The position numbers and the translations under genes were made by a program. From an uncultured Acidimicrobiaceae bacterium (GTDB lineage Bacteria > Actinomycetota > Acidimicrobiia > Acidimicrobiales > RAAP-2), in NCBI GenBank assembly GCA_963825965.1, contig CAWGUX010000012.1, positions 545,881-609,880 on the forward strand: a DNA stretch of 64,000 bases, in the 5' to 3' direction. Positions 22,016 through 32,810 of this stretch are shown here, in pieces. The notes beneath the pieces were generated by a model. That model did no database searches. It was not told the origin of the DNA and was given only the letters and a program-made list of their open reading frames with translations. Each line of letters begins with the position of its first letter. The stretch's first letter is position 1.

Positions 22016-24484
22016 ATGGCTGATGCCATTCACGTCTCGTCCCCCATTGGTGGGACTGACCGAACCATGTCATTTGAGGCGGGGAAACTCGCCCAACTGG
22101 CCGACGGCGCCGTACTCGCCCGGATCGGGGACACCGACGTCCTCGCCACCGCGGTGGCGGCGCGCTCGGTCCGGGAAGGGACTGACTTCTTCCCCCTGAC
22201 CGTCGACATCGAGGAGCGTACCTACGCCGCGGGCAAGATCCCCGGCTCGTTCTTCCGTCGCGAGGGCAAGGCCTCGGACCAGGCGATCCTGACCGACCGG
22301 CTCATCGACCGCCCGCTGCGGCCGTCGTTCCCCGAGGGGTTCCGCAACGAAGTGCACATCGTGGGGACCATTGTCGGGGCCGACCAGGTCAATCCACACG
22401 ACGTGCTGGCCATCAACGCCGCCTCCGCGGCGCTGATGATCTCCGGCATCCCATTCGACGGCCCGATCGGCGCGGTGCGCGTTGCGTACACCACGGAGGG
22501 CAGTTGGATCGGGCACCCCACCTTCGAGGAGGGTGAGGAGTCCACCTTCGAACTGGTCGTGGCCGGCCGTGCCCTCACCGAGGAGGCGGACAGCGAGATC
22601 GCCATCATGATGGTCGAGGCTGGCGGCACCGAGAAGTCGTGGGACTACTACGAGGCAGGCGCGCCCAAGGTGACCGAGGAGGTGCTGGCGGCCGGCCTCG
22701 AGGCGTCCAAGCAATGGATCCGCGAGTCGATCATCCTGCAGCGCCAGCTGGTCGAGGCCTTCACCGCGGTGCGTGGGCCCATCGAGACGATCCCCTACTC
22801 CATCCACACCGACTACGAGGACGACGTGTTTGCCCGCGTCCAGACGGTGGGCAGCGACGCGATCGCCAAGGCCAACCTGGTGACGTCGAAGGCCGAGCGC
22901 AACGCCGCCCTCGACGCCGCCGGTGACGACATCAAAGCGGCCCTGGCCGAGGAGTTCCCCGAGCGGGCGGGCGAGGTCAAGGCGGCCATTCGCGCCCTGA
23001 CCAAGAAGCTCGTGCGCAAGCGCATCGTCGAGGAGGGCGTCCGTATCGACGGCCGCGGCACGGCGGACATCCGCCCGTTGTCGGCCGAGGTCGACCTCTT
23101 CCCGACGGCGCACGGCTCGGCACTCTTCCAGCGCGGCGAGACGCAGGTGCTCAACGTGACGACGCTGGGCATGCCTCGCATGAACCAGCTGCTCGACACC
23201 ATCACACCGGTCGAGTCGAAGCGCTACATGCACCACTACAACTTCCCGCCGTACTCGACCGGCGAGACCGGCTTCATGCGGGGACCCAAGCGCCGCGAGA
23301 TCGGCCACGGCCTGCTGGCCGAGCGGGCCCTCCTTCCCGTGGTGCCGAGTGCCGAGGAGTTCCCCTACACCTTGCGTGTCGTCTCCGACGTCCTCGCCTC
23401 GAACGGCTCGACTTCGATGGCCTCGGTGTGCGGGTCGAGCCTCTCGCTCATGGCGGCTGGTGTCCCGATCAAGGCACCGGTGGCGGGCATCGCCATGGGC
23501 CTCGTCTACGACGGCAACGCTTACGTGACCCTCACCGACATCCTCGGTGCAGAGGATGCCTTCGGCGACATGGACTTCAAGGTGGCGGGCACGGCCGAAG
23601 CCGTCACGGCGCTGCAACTCGATACGAAGATCGACGGCCTGCCGGCCGATGTGCTGGCCAAGGCGCTGCTGCAGGCCAAGGAGGCCCGCCTCACCATCTT
23701 GGGAGTCATGGCCGGCGCCATCCCCGAGCCGAGGGAGCACGTGGCGAACAGCGCGCCGAAGATCGTCTCCATGGAGATCCCGATCGACAAGATCGGTGAG
23801 GTCATCGGCCCGAAGGGCAAGGTCATCAACACGTTGCAGCAGGAGACGGGCGCCGACATCGCGGTGGACGACGACGGGGTCGTCGGCACGGTGACGATCG
23901 GAGCCAAGGACGGCAACGCGGTCGAGGAGGCCCGCCGTCGTATCTCGCTCATCCTCGACCCGCCTACGGCCGACGTCGGTGTGGTGTACTCCGGCAAGGT
24001 GGTCAACATCACCAAGTTCGGCGCTTTCGTGAACGTGTTGCCGGGCCGGGACGGCCTGCTGCACATCTCCAAGTTGTCCTCCCTCGCCGGCGGCAAGCGC
24101 ATCAACAACGTCGAGGACGTGCTCTCCCTAGGCCAGTCGGTCGAGGTTCGGGTCGACGACATCGACCCCCAGGGCAAGGTCTCCCTGTCGCTGGCATCGG
24201 TACCTGAAGGCGGCGCACCGACCTCGGGCGGCGGCTCGGCCAACGGTGACGGCGCGGCCTCCAGCGGTGCGAGCTCCTCCACGAGCTCGGGCGGTGCGAG
24301 GTCGCGGGGCGAGGCCCGGAGTACCCCGTCCTTCGAGGACGCGTTCGAAGCCGAGCTGGTGGCCGACCTGGGCGATCTCGGCCCGGGCTCGGCGGACTCC
24401 GACGGTGGCCGCCCCGACCACGGGGACCGGGGCGACCGTGGCAACGACCGCCGGCCATCGCGCGGGCGCTCGCGCCGCCGTTGA
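22016..24484 (+). CDS. pnp: polyribonucleotide nucleotidyltransferase (PNPase) with an approximately 100-aa Ser/Gly/Arg-rich C-terminal tail
   Basis: Intact 822 aa with two RNase PH domains, a KH domain (IGEVIGPKGKVIN) and an S1 domain (GKVVNITKFGAFVNVLPGRDGLLHIS). Confidence 0.97.
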   Translation: MADAIHVSSPIGGTDRTMSFEAGKLAQLADGAVLARIGDTDVLATAVAARSVREGTDFFPLTVDIEERTYAAGKIPGSFFRREGKASDQAILTDRLIDRPLRPSFPEGFRNEVHIVGTIVGADQVNPHDVLAINAASAALMISGIPFDGPIGAVRVAYTTEGSWIGHPTFEEGEESTFELVVAGRALTEEADSEIAIMMVEAGGTEKSWDYYEAGAPKVTEEVLAAGLEASKQWIRESIILQRQLVEAFTAVRGPIETIPYSIHTDYEDDVFARVQTVGSDAIAKANLVTSKAERNAALDAAGDDIKAALAEEFPERAGEVKAAIRALTKKLVRKRIVEEGVRIDGRGTADIRPLSAEVDLFPTAHGSALFQRGETQVLNVTTLGMPRMNQLLDTITPVESKRYMHHYNFPPYSTGETGFMRGPKRREIGHGLLAERALLPVVPSAEEFPYTLRVVSDVLASNGSTSMASVCGSSLSLMAAGVPIKAPVAGIAMGLVYDGNAYVTLTDILGAEDAFGDMDFKVAGTAEAVTALQLDTKIDGLPADVLAKALLQAKEARLTILGVMAGAIPEPREHVANSAPKIVSMEIPIDKIGEVIGPKGKVINTLQQETGADIAVDDDGVVGTVTIGAKDGNAVEEARRRISLILDPPTADVGVVYSGKVVNITKFGAFVNVLPGRDGLLHISKLSSLAGGKRINNVEDVLSLGQSVEVRVDDIDPQGKVSLSLASVPEGGAPTSGGGSANGDGAASSGASSSTSSGGARSRGEARSTPSFEDAFEAELVADLGDLGPGSADSDGGRPDHGDRGDRGNDRRPSRGRSRRR

Positions 24485-25744
24485 TCGAGACGGCTGTCCT
24501 GCCGTGCGGCATCCGCCTGGTCACCGAGACCATGGCGGACGTCCGCTCGGTGGCGGTCGCCTTCTGGGTCGGCACGGGGTCTCGTGACGAGCCCGCCGAG
24601 CTCGCCGGCGCGTCGCACTTCTTGGAGCACCTCCTCTTCAAGGGGACGCCGCGGCGGTCGGCATCGGCTATCGCCGAGCAGCTCGACGAGGTGGGCGGTG
24701 ACTGCAACGCCTTCACCACCAAGGAGTACACGACCTTCTACGTGCGCCTTCTCTCCGACCACCTGCGAGCTCGGCCTCGACATCCTGAGCGACATCATGT
24801 GGGCGCCCGCGCTGCGTCCCGACGACATTGAGGCAGAACGCACCGTCATCCTCGACGAGATCCTGATGCACGCCGACGAGCCCGCCGATCTGGCCGCGGA
24901 GCGCTGGCAGGGCGCGCTGTTCCCGGACCATCCGCTCGGGCGCGACACGCTCGGGACGGCGTCGTCGGTCCGTCGCATCACCCGTGACGACGTGGCCGCC
25001 TTCCTGGCCCACCACTACCGCCCGGGCAACATGGTCGTGTCGGTGGCGGGCGACTGCACGCACGAGCAGGTCGCCGGGGCGCTCGAGGAGCGTTTCGCCG
25101 GGTCGCCTGGCGGCGTGGCCCCGGCGCGCGCAGCCCCCGGGGCCGACACGGTCCCCCTCGAAGTGGTCCGGCGCACCACTGAGCAGGCCCACCTGGTCTA
25201 CGGGGCGCGCTCGGTGTCACGCTTCGACGAGCGCCGCTGGGCTCTCGCCGTGCTCAACCACGTGCTGGGCGGCGGACTTTCGAGCCGGCTGTTCCAGAAG
25301 GTGCGCGAGCAGCGCGGCCTCGCCTACTCGGTCTGGTCCGAGCGCGCCGCCTATGCAGACGCCGGCTCGTTGGCGGTGGTGGTCGGGACGGCACCCGAGC
25401 ACGTCGACGAGGTCCTGCGCATCGTGCACGGCGAACTCGAGCTCCTGGCGGGTGACGGCATCACCGAACGGGAGCTGGCGGTGGCGAAGGGGTATCTGCG
25501 CGCTGAAATGCTGCTCTCGGGCGAGGACTCGGGAGCGCGGATGAGTCGCATCGGCGCCTCACTCTTGCTGCACGACGAGGTGCTGTCGATGGACGAGATC
25601 CTGGGGAAGATCGAGGCAGTCGACCGCGCGCAGGTACAGGCGGCGGCGGTGCTGCTTGCGGCATCGCCGCGCACCATGAGCGCGGTGGGCCCCTTCGACG
25701 AGCGCGACTTCGAGTCCCACCTACCCGCCATGGCTGCCCGGTAG
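24481..25744 (+). pseudogene. M16-family zinc peptidase (PepR-like), one frame break (about 24762)
   Basis: The HxxEH motif is in GASHFLEHLLFKGT (ORF 24481..24831). The rest, ELGLDILSDIMW...VSVAGD..., is in ORF 24584..25744. The TTG start overlaps the pnp stop. Confidence 0.85.
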
Positions 25745-25754
25745 CCTGCTGGCC

Positions 25755-26540
25755 ATGCAGAGGGTCGGTGTGGTCGGCGCCGGCGGCCGCATGGGCCACG
25801 AGGTGTGCCGCGCCGTGACCGAGGCGCCCGACCTGGAGTTGGCCGCTGCGGTCGACCCCGGGCACGTCGGGTCCGACGTGTGCGGCCACACGATCGTCGG
25901 CGAGGTGAACGCGCTGCGCGACCTCGGCGCCGATGTGGTGGTGGACTTCACCATCGCCGAGGCGGTGCGCCACAACGCGCCCCACTATGCGCAGCAGGGG
26001 ATCCACGCGGTGATCGGGACGAGCGGCCTGTCCGACGCCGACCTCGCCTCCATTGCCGGACACTTCGAGGGGAGCGGCGCCAACGCCATCGTGGCCGCCA
26101 ACTTCGCCATCGGCGCCGTGCTGCTGATGCACCTGTCTCGCGTCGCGGCGCCCTACATGGACGGCGTCGAGGTGATCGAGCTCCACCATGACGGCAAGCG
26201 TGACGCCCCCTCGGGGACGGCCATGCACACGGTGGCGGCCATCGCGGCAGCACGGCGGTCGGCCGGCAGCGCCCCCCTCCCGCCCGATCCCACGACCGAC
26301 GTCGTGCTCGAGGGGGCACGTGGTGCGGTCGGTGCCGACGGCGTGCACGTGCATTCGGTGCGCCTGCCGGGCCTCGTGGCCCACGAGGAGGTCATCTTCG
26401 GCGCGTCGGGCCAGAGCCTCAGCATCCGCCACGACTCCTACGACCGGCGTTCCTTCATGCCCGGCGTCCTCCGGGCGGTGCGGGAGGTGCCACGGCGGCC
26501 CGGGCTCACCGTGGGTCTTGAGGCCGTCCTCGGCCTGTGA
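25755..26540 (+). CDS. dapB: 4-hydroxy-tetrahydrodipicolinate reductase
   Basis: Intact 261 aa. VGVVGAGGRMG...ELHHDGKRDAPSGTA...SIRHDSYDRRSFMPGV. Confidence 0.95.
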   Translation: MQRVGVVGAGGRMGHEVCRAVTEAPDLELAAAVDPGHVGSDVCGHTIVGEVNALRDLGADVVVDFTIAEAVRHNAPHYAQQGIHAVIGTSGLSDADLASIAGHFEGSGANAIVAANFAIGAVLLMHLSRVAAPYMDGVEVIELHHDGKRDAPSGTAMHTVAAIAAARRSAGSAPLPPDPTTDVVLEGARGAVGADGVHVHSVRLPGLVAHEEVIFGASGQSLSIRHDSYDRRSFMPGVLRAVREVPRRPGLTVGLEAVLGL

Positions 26541-27098
26541 GCCCCGACGTCCGGGAGCGGTTGCTGCAGGCCACCTACGACTGCGTCGCCCGCTGGGGAC
26601 TGGCCAAGACGACGGTTGAGGACGCGGCACGTGAGGCGGGTGTGTCGCGGGCGACGGTCTATCGCTACTTTCCCCGGAGGTCGCGACGAGCTGATCTCGG
26701 CAGTGGTCGGATGGGAGTTCGCGCGGTTCTTCCTCCGGCTCTACCAAGAGGTGTCAGACGCCGAGAGCCTCGAGGAGGTGATGGAGCGCGGACTGATGTT
26801 CGCCCACCGGGCGCTCGTCGAACACGAGGTGCTGCAGCGCATCCTCGTGACCGAGCCCGAGATCCTGCTCCCGCGCCTGACCACCGAGGCCGATCAGACA
26901 CACACGCTGGTGGCCGCCTTTCTGGTTCCCTACCTCGTGCGCCACGGCATGACCGAGGGTGCCGAGCTGGATACGTCGGCTGACTTCCTGGCCCGCATGG
27001 TGCTCTCCTACATCGCGTCGCCGGGCCGCTGGGACCTCAACGACCCCGAGCAGGTGGCGCTCCTGGTCCGGTCCGAACTGCTGGCCGGCATCCGGTGA
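26537..27098 (+). pseudogene. TetR-family transcriptional regulator, one frame break in the cccc run at 26672-26675
   Basis: The HTH AKTTVEDAAREAGVSRATVYRYFP is in ORF 26537..26983. GGRDELISAVVGWEFARFF... continues in ORF 26616..27098. GTGA overlaps occur at both ends, with dapB and with the rhomboid gene. Confidence 0.8.
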
Positions 27099-27994
27099 GT
27101 AGCGGCCCGCCACCCGAGCCGGCACGGTCACCCCAGCCGGCCGGTCCGCCCCTGTGCTATCGCCATCCCGAGCGGGCGGCATCCGTGCTCTGCGCGCACT
27201 GCGACCAACCCATCTGCACCGATTGCATGGTGGCGGCCTCGGTCGGCTGGCAGTGCCCGGCGTGCACCAGCGAGGGTGCCAAGCGCTCGCGACACGTCCC
27301 TGCCTTCACGCACACCAGACCCGGCCACACCGGTGTGGTTGGCTCCACCAACCCGACGCCGGTGGTCCTGGTGATCATCGCCGTCAACGTGGTGGTGTTC
27401 TTCCTCGAGGACTTCGGGAACAACCTGCGAGTCGTCGAGCGCTACTCCATGAATCCGGACCTCGTGCACCAGCAGAGCCAGTACTACCGGGCCTTCACGG
27501 CCATGTGGCTGCACGCCGACTTCGTGCACATCTTCTTCAACATGATCGCCCTCCTGATCGTCGGGCCCGCCGTCGAGGTGTTGCTGGGCAAGTTCCGCTT
27601 CCTCGCGCTGTACCTCATCGCCGGGCTCGGCGGCAGCGTCGGCTCGTACATCCTCGGGCCGCACAACGAATACGGGCTCGGTGCATCGGGCGCCATCATG
27701 GGCGTCTTGGCGGCCTATGTCGTCATCGGGCTGCGGCGCCATCTGCCGATCGCGCCGGTGGTCGGGCTGATCGTCCTGAATTTGCTCATCGGCTTCAGCG
27801 GCAACATCGACTGGCGGGCCCACCTGGGTGGCCTCGTGACCGGCGCCGTCTTGGCCTGGCTCTACGACTACGCCGGAGGGCTGCGCGACCGCGGGCGCGA
27901 GCTGGCACTGACCCTCGGGGGGAGCGCCGCCGTCCTGGCCGTCCTCGGCTTCTTGATCAGCGGGGTTGCGCCCGGCCACGTCAACCTCAGCTAG
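27095..27994 (+). CDS. rhomboid-family intramembrane serine protease with an N-terminal Cys-rich zinc-ribbon
   Basis: Intact 299 aa. CYRHPERAASVLCAHCDQPICTDCM...WQCPAC, then polytopic with WLHADFVHIFFNM and GASGAIMGVL (GxSG) plus a later H (WRAHLGG). Confidence 0.85.
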   Translation: MSSGPPPEPARSPQPAGPPLCYRHPERAASVLCAHCDQPICTDCMVAASVGWQCPACTSEGAKRSRHVPAFTHTRPGHTGVVGSTNPTPVVLVIIAVNVVVFFLEDFGNNLRVVERYSMNPDLVHQQSQYYRAFTAMWLHADFVHIFFNMIALLIVGPAVEVLLGKFRFLALYLIAGLGGSVGSYILGPHNEYGLGASGAIMGVLAAYVVIGLRRHLPIAPVVGLIVLNLLIGFSGNIDWRAHLGGLVTGAVLAWLYDYAGGLRDRGRELALTLGGSAAVLAVLGFLISGVAPGHVNLS

Positions 27995-28018
27995 GGCTCG
28001 GCCGTGTCGGCCTCTTGG

Positions 28019-28057
28019 TTGACAGTGAGACAAAAATCGCCATACTGTTTCAACAGT
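28019..28057 (+). promoter_or_regulatory. candidate promoter (TTGACA, 16 nt, CATACT) with an overlapping palindromic operator ACTGTTtcAACAGT
   Basis: TTGACA is at 28019-28024 and CATACT at 28041-28046. A 6+2+6 perfect palindrome at 28044-28057 runs into GTG at 28056, the first start codon of the TetR ORF. This could be a leaderless, autoregulated arrangement. Confidence 0.4.
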
Positions 28058-28844
28058 GGGTGCGGCTGCGACACGATCTGAGCGGGGGATCGCCGGTGCG
28101 TTGACGACCGTGCACGGGGGCGTGGTCCGCCACCTGGGGGCGGACGACCGTTCGTCGACCCGGGTTCGCATCGTCGACGGTGCCCTCGGGTGCCTCGCCC
28201 GCCAAGGGATCGCCAAGACGACCGTGGACGACATCGCCCGGGCGGCCCGCCTGTCCCGGGCCACCGTTTACCGGACCTTCCCGGGCGGCAAGGAGGGGAT
28301 CCTGGCCGCCGTGGTCGAGACCGAGGTGGCGCGGCTGTTCTCATCCCTGGCCGTCGCCATGGGAGAGGCCACCGACCTCGAGGACGTGCTCGTTGCCGGC
28401 ATGGTCGAGTCTGCCCGCAGCCTCCGCGGCCACGCGGCCCTGAGCTACCTGCTGGCGCACGAGCCCGGCACGGTGTTGCCCTACCTCACCTTCAGCCGAC
28501 TCGACCGGGTCCTCTTGGTCGCCGGCGATCTGGCCGCGCCGTTCTTCGCCCGCTGGCTCGAGCCCGACCAGGCTTCGCGGGCGGCCGAATGGGCTGTACG
28601 CATCGTGATGGCCTACTGCGCCAACCCGTCTCCCGACACGGACCTGACCGACCCCGAGGAGACCCGCACGCTCGTGCGTCGGTTCGTCCTGCCCGGCATC
28701 TTGGCGCTCCGCCTCGACGCGGCCGGCTCCGCGCCCATAACCCGTTCTGCTTCTCCTCCTTCTCGTTCCACATCCACATCCACGCCTGCCACACCTTCGA
28801 CGCACTCACCACAAAGGGGACAGTTCCATGACCACACTCGATGA
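28056..28844 (+). CDS. TetR-family transcriptional regulator (paralogue of 26537..27098); 3' end uncertain
   Basis: The HTH is AKTTVDDIARAARLSRATVYRTFPGGKEGILAAVV. The C-terminus DPEETRTLVRRFVLPGILA aligns with DPEQVALLVRSELLAGIR of the paralogue. The last approximately 35 codons are CT-rich and low complexity, so they may be read-through. Confidence 0.8.
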   Translation: MGAAATRSERGIAGALTTVHGGVVRHLGADDRSSTRVRIVDGALGCLARQGIAKTTVDDIARAARLSRATVYRTFPGGKEGILAAVVETEVARLFSSLAVAMGEATDLEDVLVAGMVESARSLRGHAALSYLLAHEPGTVLPYLTFSRLDRVLLVAGDLAAPFFARWLEPDQASRAAEWAVRIVMAYCANPSPDTDLTDPEETRTLVRRFVLPGILALRLDAAGSAPITRSASPPSRSTSTSTPATPSTHSPQRGQFHDHTR

Positions 28845-29986
28845 AAACCAAGACCAGCTGAGGTCCAACCTCGAGCTGATCGGGAGGGACAGCATCGACG
28901 ACCTCGAAGCGGTGCTCGGCTTCGTGGGTCACTACGAGGTCGAGGGGTACCACCGCGTGCCCGACAACTGCCCGGCCGAGTTCACCTGGGACTACCAGAA
29001 GGGGGCCAAGCCGCAGCTCGACAAGCTCTACGAGAAGGCCAAGAAGGCGCAGTGGAATGCGCAGACCGACCTGGACTGGTCGATCGAAGTCGACCAGGAG
29101 CAGCGTGGTCATTGCCAACGCCGAGGCCAACCCGGCCCAGATGCAGTGGGACGAGGCCGCCATTGCCGGCACCGTCCTGGAGACGTGGGACGAGAAGCGG
29201 TTCTTGCAGTTCGGGATCGAGAACCAGAACTGGATGCTGTCGCAGTTCATGCACGGTGAGCAGGGGGCGTTGCTGTGCACGGCCAAGATCGTCGAGACGG
29301 TCCCGTGGATCGATGCCAAGTACTACGCCGCCACGCAGGTGATGGACGAGGCCCGCCACGTCGAGGTCTTCTCCAGGTACCTCGACGAGAAGCTCTCGGG
29401 CCACTACCCGATGAACGCCCACCTCGGGCTGCTGCTCGACGACATCGTTTCGGACTCGCGTTGGGACATGACCTACCTCGGCATGCAGATCATGGTGGAG
29501 GGGCTGGCCCTCGCCGCCTTCGGGTTCATCCACACGATGACCACCGAGCCGCTGTTGAAGAGGCTGTTGCGCTACGTCATGGCCGACGAGGCACGTCACG
29601 TGGCCTTCGGGGTGCTCAGCCTGCAGGAGTACTACCAAGAGCTCAGTGCGGCCGAGTTGCGTGAGCGCCAGGAGTTCGCCTTCGAGGCGGCCATCCGCAT
29701 GAAGGACCGCTTGGTCATGCAGGAGGTCTGGGAGCGCATGGAGGTGCCCGTCCCCGACGTGATCAAGGTCATGCAGGCCGCGCCGGAGCGAGACGAATTC
29801 CAGATCCTCTTGTTCTCCAAGATCGTCCCGAATCTCAAGAAGCTCGGCCTGCTCGACGCAGCCGACGGGTGGCTCCGCACCAAGTTCACCGAAATGGGAG
29901 CCATCGCCTTCGAAAACCTGACCGACTCCACCGAGGAGGAGGACGCTTTCGCCGACGGGTCACCCGCCGAGCGCCAGGTCGCCTGA
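28828..29986 (+). pseudogene. ferritin-like diiron-carboxylate protein (AurF-like oxygenase family), one frame break (about 29100)
   Basis: There are two E...ExxH pairs: HGEQGA...MDEARHVEVF and MVEGLA...MADEARHVAFG (ORF 29057..29986). The N-terminal 90 aa is in ORF 28828..29259. An aagggga RBS precedes the ATG. Confidence 0.7.
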
Positions 29987-30018
29987 GCGTCACTGGGCGC
30001 TGGTAGCGTGAGGGGGCA

Positions 30019-30945
30019 ATGAGCCCCCGGCCGGACTCGCCCCGCTTTGGGCGGGTGATCACCGCCATGGTGACGCCGTTCGACGAGGACGGTGCACTCG
30101 ACCTGTCCGCGGCCCAGGAATTGGCACGCTGGCTGGCCGCGCACGGCAGCGACGCGCTCGTGCTCTCCGGCTCGACCGGGGAGAGCTCGGTCCTCACCGA
30201 CGACGAGAAGGTCGCGCTGTGGCGCGCCGTGGCCGAGACGGTGACGATCCCGGTGATCGCCGGCTCTGGCTCCAACGACACAGCGCACTCCATCGCGATG
30301 ACGCGTGCCGCAGCCCAGTCCGGCGTGGACGCGGTGCTCGTCGTGACGCCCTATTACAACCGCCCCTCCCAGGCGGGCATCTACGAACACTTCCGTGTGG
30401 TGGCCGAAGCGGCAGGCGATTTGCCCGTCCTGCTCTACGACATCCCGGTGCGATCAGGGCGCCGGATCGAGACCGGCACCATGCTGCGCCTGGCCCGTGA
30501 GGTCCCGGCCATCGTGGGCCTGAAGGACGCGGCGGGTGACCCGCCGAGCACGGCGCACCTCGCGGCGCAGGCGCCTGCGGGTTTCGAGATCTACAGCGGC
30601 GACGACGTCATGACGCTGCCGCTGCTCGCCGTCGGCGCGATCGGCCTCATCAGCGTGGCCTCGCACTGGGTCGGCCCCCGATTGCGCGCGGTCATCGACG
30701 CCTTCTTGGCCGGCGACCTGGCGGCCGCGATCGCCGGCAACGCCGAGCTCCTCGACTCCTTCGAATTCGAGTCCACCGCGGAGTTCCCCAACCCGCTCCC
30801 CGCCAAGGCGGCGCTGCGGGCGCTGGGCCTGCGGGTCGGGCAGTGCCGCCTGCCCATGGGGGCCTCGACCCCCGAGCTCGACGCACAGGCGGCGAAGGTC
30901 GTGGCCGCAGTCGGGCCTCCGGCAATGACGGCTCCGCTTGGCTGA
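30019..30945 (+). CDS. dapA: 4-hydroxy-tetrahydrodipicolinate synthase
   Basis: Intact 308 aa. VITAMVTPFDEDGALD...GSTGES...TPYYNRPSQ...YDIPVRSG...GLKDA. Confidence 0.95.
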   Translation: MSPRPDSPRFGRVITAMVTPFDEDGALDLSAAQELARWLAAHGSDALVLSGSTGESSVLTDDEKVALWRAVAETVTIPVIAGSGSNDTAHSIAMTRAAAQSGVDAVLVVTPYYNRPSQAGIYEHFRVVAEAAGDLPVLLYDIPVRSGRRIETGTMLRLAREVPAIVGLKDAAGDPPSTAHLAAQAPAGFEIYSGDDVMTLPLLAVGAIGLISVASHWVGPRLRAVIDAFLAGDLAAAIAGNAELLDSFEFESTAEFPNPLPAKAALRALGLRVGQCRLPMGASTPELDAQAAKVVAAVGPPAMTAPLG

Positions 30946-32620
30946 ATCCAGGAAGTCCAAGCCGAAGCCCGTCCGAATCGTCTTCCTGGGCGGACTGGGT
31001 GAGATCGGCCGCAATTGCGCCTGCATCGAGGTGGAGGGACGCATCGTGGTCCTCGACTGCGGGATCATGTTCCCCGATCCCGACATGCCGGGTATCGACC
31101 TCGTGCTCCCGGAGTTCACGTACCTCTTCGAGCGCAAGGACCGGGTCGACGGGATCGTGCTCACCCACGGGCACGAGGACCACACCGGTGGGTTGGCTTA
31201 CCTCTTGCGCGAGCTGCGCGCGCCCATTTACGGGTCGGAGCTGACCGTGGGCCTGGCCCGGCACCGCATCGAAGAGGCGGGGATGTTGGAGCGCACCCGC
31301 CTGATCAAGGTGGCCGACGGCGAGCGCGTGCGCATCGGGGCCTGCGACGTCGAATTCATCCCGGTGACGCACTCGGTTCCCGAGTCCATGGCCATCGCCT
31401 TCCACACGCCGCAGGGCGTGATCTTGCACTCGGGCGACTTCAAGCTCGACCTGCAGCCGGTCGACGGCCGGCGCACGGACATGCCGCGCATGGGCGAGCT
31501 CGCTCGCGTCGAGGGCATCCGCCTGCTGCTCTCGGACTCGACCAACGCGGAGGAGCCGGGTTTCACCGAGTCGGAGTCCTCGGTCGGCGTGACCCTGCGG
31601 CGTGTCTTCGCCGCCCAGTCGGGCAAGCGTCTCGTGGTGGCCTGCTTTGCCAGCCACATGCACCGGATCCAGCAGATCATCGACGCCGCGGTGGCGAACG
31701 GGCGCAAGGTGGCCACGCTGGGCCGCTCCATGGGCAAGAACGTCGAGCTCGGGACGCGCCTCGGCATCATCAGCATGCCAGACGGCGTCCAGGTCGACAT
31801 TGAGGAGGTGGACGACCTCCCGGCCGGCGAGGTGTGCGTCATCTCCACCGGATCTCAAGGCGAGCCGATGTCGGCCCTGTCATTGATGGCCACCGGCGAG
31901 AACAAGTGGCTGCGCATCGGCGAGGACGACGTCGTCGTGATCAGTGCGCACCCCATTCCGGGCAACGAGTGGTCGGTGGGACAAGTGATCGACGACCTGT
32001 ACCGGCGCGGCGCGGAGGTTGTGCACTCGAGCGCCGAAGCGGTGCACGTGAGCGGACACGCCCGCCAGGGCGAGCTGCGCACGCTCATGGCGGTGACCCA
32101 GCCCGAATGCTTCGTGCCCGTGCACGGCGAGTTCCGCCACATGGTGCACCATGCCCGCCTCGCGCTGTCGATGGGCATCGATCCGGCCAAGGTGTTGCTG
32201 TGCGAGGACGGCGACGTCATTCAGCTCGACGCCAAGGGGATCGCGCGCGACGGCCATGTTCCTGCGGGCTACGTCTACGTGGACGGCACCGTCGGCGACA
32301 TCGAGCACGGGGTGTTGCGCGATCGGCAGAAGCTGGCCGAGGAGGGCGTCGTGATGGTGGTGGTCACGGTCGATCGCCAGCAGGGAAAGCTGAGCTGCCC
32401 GCCGGTGATCGAGACGCGCGGCTGGGTCCATGCCCCTGAGGCCGAAGAGCTCCTCGAGGAGGCGAGCGAGGTGGTGGCCGCCGCGGTGACGCAGGCCCTC
32501 CGCGACGGCGCGCACGACATTGAGGTGCTGAGCCGTCACACCCGCAAGGCGCTGGGCAAGTTCGTGGGGGAGCGCACCCGGCGGCGCCCCATGATCGTGC
32601 CCGTTGTCCTCATGGTGTAG
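30938..32620 (+). CDS. rnj: ribonuclease J
   Basis: Intact 560 aa with the metallo-beta-lactamase/beta-CASP pattern IVLTHGHEDHTGG...DSTNAE...HVSGHA. Confidence 0.95.
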   Translation: MAESRKSKPKPVRIVFLGGLGEIGRNCACIEVEGRIVVLDCGIMFPDPDMPGIDLVLPEFTYLFERKDRVDGIVLTHGHEDHTGGLAYLLRELRAPIYGSELTVGLARHRIEEAGMLERTRLIKVADGERVRIGACDVEFIPVTHSVPESMAIAFHTPQGVILHSGDFKLDLQPVDGRRTDMPRMGELARVEGIRLLLSDSTNAEEPGFTESESSVGVTLRRVFAAQSGKRLVVACFASHMHRIQQIIDAAVANGRKVATLGRSMGKNVELGTRLGIISMPDGVQVDIEEVDDLPAGEVCVISTGSQGEPMSALSLMATGENKWLRIGEDDVVVISAHPIPGNEWSVGQVIDDLYRRGAEVVHSSAEAVHVSGHARQGELRTLMAVTQPECFVPVHGEFRHMVHHARLALSMGIDPAKVLLCEDGDVIQLDAKGIARDGHVPAGYVYVDGTVGDIEHGVLRDRQKLAEEGVVMVVVTVDRQQGKLSCPPVIETRGWVHAPEAEELLEEASEVVAAAVTQALRDGAHDIEVLSRHTRKALGKFVGERTRRRPMIVPVVLMV

Positions 32621-32810
32621 GCGTCGTCTGCGCGTGGCCTGAGCCGCCCTGGCGCCTGGTTCGAAATAGTCCTTTTGGCGCATCCGCCTGGGGATGCAAG
32701 GGCGCATACTGCGATGCACTCGGCGGTCCGTCGCGTCCCGCTCTCGGCCCGGCGGTCGTTCGGGCACCCGGCGAGGCGGGCAACCGCACGGTCAGAGGAG
32801 GACATCGCAG

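Noticed and set aside
22070-24064. 664-aa minus-strand ORF
   Set aside because: It lies antisense to the intact pnp and has a low-complexity Arg/Gly/Asp-rich translation. It is a shadow ORF.
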